The translations under genes and the position numbers were made by a program. This document shows positions 57,349-64,000 of a stretch of 64,000 nucleotides of DNA, one piece after another. Each line of letters starts with the position of its first letter. Position 1 is the stretch's first letter. Source of the DNA: Chrysemys picta bellii (lineage: Eukaryota); the NCBI RefSeq assembly GCF_011386835.1, contig NC_088794.1:2976001-3040000 (forward strand), read 5' to 3'. The notes under the pieces were generated by a model, which did not search any database, was not told the origin of the DNA, and saw nothing but the letters and a program-made list of their open reading frames with translations.

Positions 57349-58612
57349 ATCAGAACATGAGAACGGCCAGACAGCGTCAGACCAAGGGTCCATCCAGCCC
57401 AGCGGCCTGTCTGCCGACCGCGGCCAAGGCCAGGTGCCCCCAAGGGAATGAACAGACCAGGGAATCATCAAGTGATCCATCCCCTGTCGCCCATTCCCAG
57501 CTCCTGGCAAACAGAGGCTGGGACACCATCCCCGCCCAGCCTGGCTAATAGCCATTGATGGACCTGTCTCCCATGAATTTATCTAGTTCTTTTTTGACCC
57601 CCGTTATGGTCTTGGCCGTCACAACACCCTCTGGCAAGGAGTTCCACAGGTTGACTCTGTGTTGTGTGAAGAAATACGTCCTTTGGTTTGTTTTAATCCT
57701 GCTGCCTGTTACTTTCATTGGGTGACCCCTAGTTCTTGTGTTATGAGAAGTAATAAACAACACTTCCTTAACTACTTTCTCCACACCAGTCATGATTTTA
57801 TAGACCTCAATCATATCTCCCCTTTGCCGTCTCTTTTCCAAGCTGAAAAGTCCCAGACTCATTCATCTCTCCTCATACGGAAGCCGTTCCAGACCCCTCA
57901 TCATTTTTGTTGCCCTTTTCTGAACCTTTTCCAATTCCACTAGATCTTTTTTGAGATGGGGCGACCACATCTGCACGCAGTATTCAAGGTGTGGGCGTCC
58001 CATGGGTTTATACAGAGGCAATATGATATTTTCTGTCTTATTCTCTATCCCTTTCTTAATGATTCCCAACATGCTGTTCGCTTTTTTGACACCACTGCAC
58101 ATTGAGGGGATGTTTTCAGAGAACTCTCCACAGTGACGCCGAGACCTCTCTCTCGAGTGGGAACACTTCCTTTAGACCCCATCGTCGTAGATGTATAGTT
58201 GGGATCATGCTTTCCAATGGGCATCACTTTGCATTGATCAATGCTGAATTGCATCTGCCATTGTGTTGCCCGGTCACCCCATTTAATGAGATCCCTTTGT
58301 AGCTCTTCGCAGTCTGCCTCGTCAGCAGTTTTCTATCAGCTGCAAAATTCGCCCCCCCCCCAATGTTGACCCCTTTTTCCATCTCATTTATGAATAGATT
58401 GAAGGACTGGGCCCAGTACAGACCCCTGGGGAACCCCACTATCTATTGCTCCCCATTCTGAAAATGGACCTACCCTTCGTTCCCTGTCTCTTAACCAGTT
58501 CCCGACCAGTGGGAGCATCTTCCCCTTATCCCATGGCAGCGCCCTTTGCTTCAGAGCCTCTGGGCAGGGACCTTGTCAAAGGCTTTCTGAAGATCTAAGT
58601 ACATTATATCTG
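57349..58612 (-). mobile_element. PsCR1-like LINE, 3' 1.25 kb, frameshifted
   Basis: [38 protein letters not shown] and the CR1 3'UTR. Confidence 0.93.
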
Positions 58613-58620
58613 CATGATAG

Positions 58621-59560
58621 ATTTGCATATGATATGCTAATAAGGGGCGTGGCCTGCTGCTGAAATGCCCGGGTGAGCAGGTTTTACCCAGGGGGCAGCA
58701 GGGGGCATGAGGCTAATTAGGCGAGCCTATTTGCGGCAAGGTTCTGGGCTGGCTCTTGGGGCGTGGCCTTTACGTATTATGCAAATGATGCAAAAGGCAG
58801 CAAATGAAGCTGTGGGCGTGGCCTGTATAAATAATCGAACTCTTGGTTTCTGGGGCCGGCATCCAGTGAGGGGGCGGGGCATATATTATGCTAATACAGG
58901 GGAATTCCGTCGCGCCCCTGCGGAACTTCGTGGGCGTGATCCGCATATATTATTCAAATTATGGAATTCCGGCGATCCTGCCGCTACGACCCCGCTGGCA
59001 GTATCAAGCAAAAGAGGGCGCCGCTGTTGTCCAATAGGCAGCGGCCGGCAGGCTTTATGCTAATGAGGAAGGACTCTATTTGGCCGGAAAGGCTGTGGGG
59101 CGGAGGATGTGGGCGCGGCCTGCATATGTTATGCAAATAAGGGCACTCGGGGACTTGACAAGCTGCGCGCGCGGCCACTTCCCTGCTACTGAGGAAGGCG
59201 GGGCGGGCCTGTTTTATGGAAATGAGGGGGCGTGTATTTATTATGTAAATAAAAAAGCTCCCGGGAGTCCTTGCAGCCCGAGCTCGGCCACTTTCCCTGC
59301 CGCTGAACGGCGGCGGCGGCGGCGGGGGGGTATGCAAAATGTATGCACATGAAGGGGCGGTGCACCACCATGCAAATCGAGAGTGAGCATTTCTCATGCA
59401 AATAAAGGCACCTTCACGTCCCTGCTCCGGGGAAGGCGGGGAAGCCCAGAGGCAAGCGAGGGGGCGGGGCAGCGGCATGCTAATGAGGGCGGTGGGCGGG
59501 GCGAGTGAGCTCACAGCGGGCGGGGGCGGGGCGCGGCTGCCGCTGGCCGGGCGGGCGGAG
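58621..59560 (+). promoter_or_regulatory. PAQR4 CpG-island promoter with clustered octamer motifs and GC boxes
   Basis: ATGCAAAT x5, ATGCTAAT x4, several GGGCGGGGC/GGGCGTGGCC boxes and GGGGAATTCC, directly upstream of the ATG. Confidence 0.75.
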
Positions 59561-59616
59561 GGAGGCGGCGGCGCCGGGATGCGGCGGAGCTGACCGCGGG
59601 GGGGGGGCCCCGGGCC

Positions 59617-59782
59617 ATGGCCTACCTGGGGGGGCCCCGGCTGCTGGACTGGGCCAGCTCCCCCCCCCACCTGCAGTTCAACCGCTTCGTGCTGACGGGC
59701 TACCGGCCGGCGAGCTCGGGCTCGGGCTGCCTGCGGAGCCTCTTCTACCTGCACAACGAGCTGGGCAACATCTACACGCACG
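59617..59782 (+). CDS. PAQR4: PAQR4 coding exon 1 (166 nt); later exons not identified in the window
   Basis: MAYLGGPRLLDWASSPPHLQFNRFVLTGYRPASSGSGCLRSLFYLHNELGNIYTHG with Kozak gccATGG and a GTGAGC donor. Lies next to KREMEN2, as in human. Confidence 0.93.
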
Positions 59783-59789
59783 GTGAGCC

Positions 59790-60990
59790 CGGGCCCCGAT
59801 CCCCCCCGGGCAGTGCCCGATCCCTCCCCTGTACCCCGATCCCCCCCGGCCCCGGGTACCCCGATCCCCCCCGGCCCCGGGTACCCCGATCCCCCCCGGG
59901 CCCGGCCCCCACCGACACCCCGATCCCCCCCCGGGCAGTGCCCGAACCCCCCCGGGTACCCCGATCCCCCCCGGGTACCCCGATCCCCCCCGGGTACCCC
60001 GATCCCCCCTGTACCCCGATCCCCCCCGGGCAGTGCCCGATCCCCCCCGGGTACCCCGATCCCCCCTGTACCCCGATCCCCCCCGGGTACCCCGATCCCC
60101 CCCGGGCAGTGCCCGACCCCCCCTGTACCCCGATCCCCCCCGGGCCCGGCCCCCACCGACACCCCGATCCCCCCCGGGCAGTGCCCGATCCCCCCCCGTA
60201 CTCCGATCCCTCCCGGCCCCCCGATCCCCCGTACCCCGATCCCCCCCAACACCCCGATCCCCCTGGCCCCGGGCCCCCGATCCCCCCCCCGTACCCTGAT
60301 CCCCCCCCCCGGACCCCCTGATCCCCCAGGCCCGGGCACCCCGATCCCCCCCGGCACCCTGATCCCTCCCCAGGCAGTGTCCCATCACCCCCATGTACCC
60401 CTGGCCCCCCCGATCCCGCCCCGGGCACCCATATCCCCACGGCCCGGCCCCCCCAATCCCCTCCGGCACCCCGATCCCACCCCAGGCCCAACCCCTGGCA
60501 GTGCCCGCATGACCCAATCCCCCCCGCCCGAGCCCCCCAGCAGTGCTCCAATGCACCCTGATCCCTCCCGGCACCCCGATCCCGCACCCTGATTTCCCCC
60601 CGGGCCTGATCCCCCCCCCCCCCCCCCCAGGCAGTGGCCGCATCGTCCTATCCCCCCAGGCCCGATTCCCCCGGCAGTGCTCCAATGCGCCCTGATCCGC
60701 CCCCCCGCCCGATCCCCCCAGGCACCCCTATCCCATCCCCTGGTAGTGTCCGCATGTCCTCATCCCCCTTGGCCTGACCCCCCGGGCAGTGCCCCAATGC
60801 ACCCCAATTCCCCTGGCCCCAGGCACCCCAATCCCCCCGGGCAGTGCCCCAATGCGCCCTGATCCACCCCGGCCCCGATCTCCCTGGGTATCCTGATTTC
60901 CCCCCCCCTGAGCACTGCGCCCTGATCCCCCCTGGCCCAATCCCCCCCGACCCCCAGGCACTCTGATTTCCCCCCCTCCTGCACCAGCCA
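59790..60990. repeat. C-rich ~20-bp minisatellite (ccccgatcccccccggg[tac/cagtgc]) in PAQR4 intron 1
   Basis: Visible units; accounts for the Pro/Gly ORFs. Confidence 0.88.
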
Positions 60991-61919
60991 CCTACACCCA
61001 CTGCGCCCCAGTTCCCCTGCACCTTGATCCCTCCTGCACCGGCCCTCTACATGCCCTGCAGGTTCATCCGCCCACATGCGCTGGCACCCTGCCCCCCGAC
61101 CCCGCTGCACTGACTCCATACCCACTCCCCGACCCGTTGAGCATGCCACGGTCCTATATACCCCAGTCCCTGAGCCCCATGGACTCAACCCCAATCCCCC
61201 AGCTCCTACAACCCACAGCACCAAGACTCCCTGCCCATGCACTGAGACCCGCCCTGGACCGCTGTCCCCAATTCCCCACCGATGCACCGGGCCCCTGAAC
61301 TGGTCGGTTCCCTCTCCTGGGCTCCCCAGCAGCCAGTCCCCACATCGGGCTCCTATGCCCACGGGGGATCTGGAGAGCATGGGGGTTCCCCCCAGCAGGA
61401 GAAGAACCCGGGAGATTGGCTCTGCTGGGGCTGGGAGCCAGGACTCCTGGGTTCTATCCCAGCTCCGGGTGGGCAGGGCCTCTCTGACGTGTGATAAGGC
61501 CCTTGACTGCAACCATGCCAAGTGAGGCCTAAGTTCATGAGCAGAAACTGCTTCCTGGGTCCCCACCCAGCCTGCGCAGGAATGTGCCACCTGGCTCCCC
61601 TGGGAGCCCAGCTGACGTCAGTTCCCCCTCGATCTGCTGAGCGGAGCACAAAATCAGCCCCAAGGTGCCATTGGGATCCAGGAGGCCTGGCTCCTACCCA
61701 GCCCCCGCGCTCTGCCCCACCAGACCCCACTCCCCTCCCAGAGCCAGGGATGGAACCCAGGAGTCCTGGCTCCCAGCCCCCGGGGAATGGGATGTGGGTG
61801 GGGCATCCCTGGTCCTAGGAGATGGGTTTGGGCAGTTCCATCCTGTTACCCCGCAACCCCACCTAATGGTCGGTGGCAGAGGAATGCGCTGGGGATGCCC
61901 CAGATCAAGTTAATAGCTT

Positions 61920-62980
61920 CCTAGGACTCCTGGGTTCCATCTGTGCCTCTGGGAGGGGAGGGGAGTGGGGGCTGGTGGGTTAGAGCAGGGCGGGCAGGGA
62001 GCCAGGACTCCTGGGTTCTATGCCCAGCAGGGTCTCTGTGTTCTGCATCCCCTGCTGAGCTCACCCCTGGCCTTCAGGGACCTTGGTCCTAGAGCCTATG
62101 GGGCCAGGTGGGACCGTTGGCTGGGGCAGGAGTGACAGTGGATCCCTGTTGAGCCGTGACCTTCTCTGCCTCCTCCAGCATCCCCGCGGCCCCCCCTTCC
62201 TGGTGCCTGAGACATCTCCTGGGATTAGCTGGGATCAGCTCAGCTCAGGGGCAGATTCACCTGAAGAGGCAGAGGCAGCCGGATGGTTTAGAGGTCAGAT
62301 CAGGACTCCTGGGTTCTCTCCCTGGCTCTGGGAGGGCAGTGGGGGCTAGTGGGTTAGAGCAGGGGGGGCTGGGAGCCAGGACTCCTGGGTTCTCTCCCTG
62401 GCTCTGGGAGGGCAGTGGGGGCTAGTGGGTTAGAGCAGGGGGGGCTGGGAGCCAGGACTCCTGGGTTCTCTCCCTGGCTCTGGGAGGGGAGTGGGGTCTA
62501 GTGGTTAGAGCAGGGGGCTGGGGGCCAGGACTCCTGGGTTCTCTCCCCAGCTCTGGGAGGGGAGTGGGGGCTGGTGGTTAGAGCAGGGGGGGCTGGGAGC
62601 CAGGACTCCTGGGTTCTCTCCCTGGCTCTGGGAGGGGAGTGGGGTCTAGTGGTTAGAGCAGGGGGCTGGGGGCCAGGACTTCTGGGTTCTCTCCCCAGCT
62701 CTGGGAGGGGAGTGGGGGCTGGTGGTTAGAGCAGGGGGGGCTGGGAGCCAGGACTCCTGGGTTCTCTCCCTGGCTCTGGGAGGGAGTGGGGTCTAGTGGT
62801 TAGAGCAGGGGGGCTGGGGGCCAGGACTTCTGGGTTCTCTCCCTGGCTCTGGGAGGGCAGTGGGGGCTAGTGGTTAGAGCAGGGGGGGCTGGGAGCCAGG
62901 ACTCCTGGGTTCTCTCCCCAGCTCTGGGAGGGGAGTGGGGGCTGGTGGTTAGAGCAGCGGGGGCTGGGAGCCAGGACTAT
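61920..62980. repeat. ~76-bp satellite array
   Basis: caggactcc recurs at 62301, 62377 and onward. Confidence 0.9.
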
Positions 62981-64000
62981 GCATGTGTCTGAACTGGCAT
63001 AGATCATCCATTCAGCCCCCAGTTATGTCCCTGCTGGAGGATATGGGGGTCCCTATTCCTGGGTGAGGATCTGGGGCTGTGTCATTGGCCGGTTTACCAA
63101 TACGCCCTGCTTAGATCCCTGCCTCGTTCATAGCCCTCAAGCCCTTTCCTCCAGAGTCAGGGCGTGAACCCTGGCGTCCGGGCCAAACCCCAGCTCCCGT
63201 CTGCATTCCTCAATCAGATTAAATTGGATACAGGCTTCTTCACGTCCTGTCCCATACCCTGTGGTGGTGTGTGTGGCTTTTACTAGTTGCCCTGCCCCAG
63301 AAGTGGCTGCGTCTCAGGTTCAGGGATCCCTTCACTGAAGGAGGTGGATGGCTCAAGGCCAGGAGCCAGTTCTCTGGCGCCAGTTCCTGCTGTTGTTCTC
63401 CGCCTGGCAGTGCCAGGATCGATGCTTCCTGCCATGTGAGGGGCCGGGGAACTGCCCCCTTGACACACAAGCTGTGGGGAGGGATGGATTGATCCTGTCA
63501 GGGCAGGTGGGTCAGGGGAGTTGTGTTTTGGGAGAGAAGGGATATCGAGGGAGGGGGCTTGGAATGTGAGGGGCAGAGACCAGGAGGATTTGGGGGAGAT
63601 GTGTATGGGGGGACAGGGATATGGGGTTCTGGTAATGTGGGGAGACATGGGGGGATCAGAGGAAAGTGCAGGCTGGGGCTATACGGAAGGGGCTGATAAT
63701 TTGGGGGGGGAACTGTGGGGGGCTGGAGATTTGGGGGGCTGGGGCCCCTGCGCAGGGATGTTGGTGGGGGGAATGGGATCCTGCCTGGCGGAGCCCTGTT
63801 GGGAGTGGAGGCCAGAAGGAATTGGGGGGAGACATGCAGGAGGGGATCGTGTGAACTGAGCTGATCTCTCTCATCCCCGATGATTTTGAGAGCGGGGAGC
63901 CCAGGCGGGACATGGTTCCATGAGGGGAAATGGCCTCCCCTTCCCTGGTGCTGTGATGCGGCCCCCTCTGGGGTGGGCAGCGGGGGCTGGTTACACCGGG

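Noticed and set aside
58984-60685. 457-aa and 335-aa collagen-like Gly-rich ORFs
   Set aside because: Antisense to PAQR4 exon 1 and the intronic minisatellite; no true Gly-X-Y register.
62179-62260. Weak resemblance to PAQR4 exon 2 (IP...FLVP...W.QLS) after a polypyrimidine-AG
   Set aside because: Needs a frameshift and lacks the following YHLFM motif; the true exon 2 probably lies beyond the window.

Overview
Vertebrate genomic DNA, almost certainly from a turtle (tRNA-derived tortoise-type SINEs, PsCR1-like LINEs, turtle-type Harbinger/hAT MITEs). It is GC-rich, microchromosome-like and has two 500-N gaps. Gene content from left to right: (1) a complete two-coding-exon ORAI gene (+, 248 aa) whose N-terminus matches ORAI3; (2) two complete, convergently transcribed ecto-ADP-ribosyltransferase (ARTC) paralogues (A +, 279 aa; B -, 281 aa) with signal peptides, an intact R-STS-ExE catalytic motif and no GPI signal, forming the core of an old inverted duplication spanning about 12.3-31.7 kb; (3) a tryptase/PRSS27/33-like protease pseudogene (-); (4) a degraded reptile-type ZSCAN pre-SCAN exon with internal tandem amplification (-); (5) a complete KREMEN2 (+, 8 coding exons, 474 aa) whose kringle is in one exon; (6) the promoter and exon 1 of PAQR4 (+). 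Much of the remainder is CR1, hAT and Harbinger fossils plus GC-rich tandem-repeat families (~76-bp MIR-related, 62-bp, 85-bp, and 90-bp with CTCF-like motifs) and older AT-rich degenerate arrays (~80, ~215, ~180, ~46 bp). Most long ORFs in the ORF track are minisatellite artefacts. No database searches were run: family names rest on motif recognition and remembered reference sequences, and need confirmation. Repeat boundaries are approximate.
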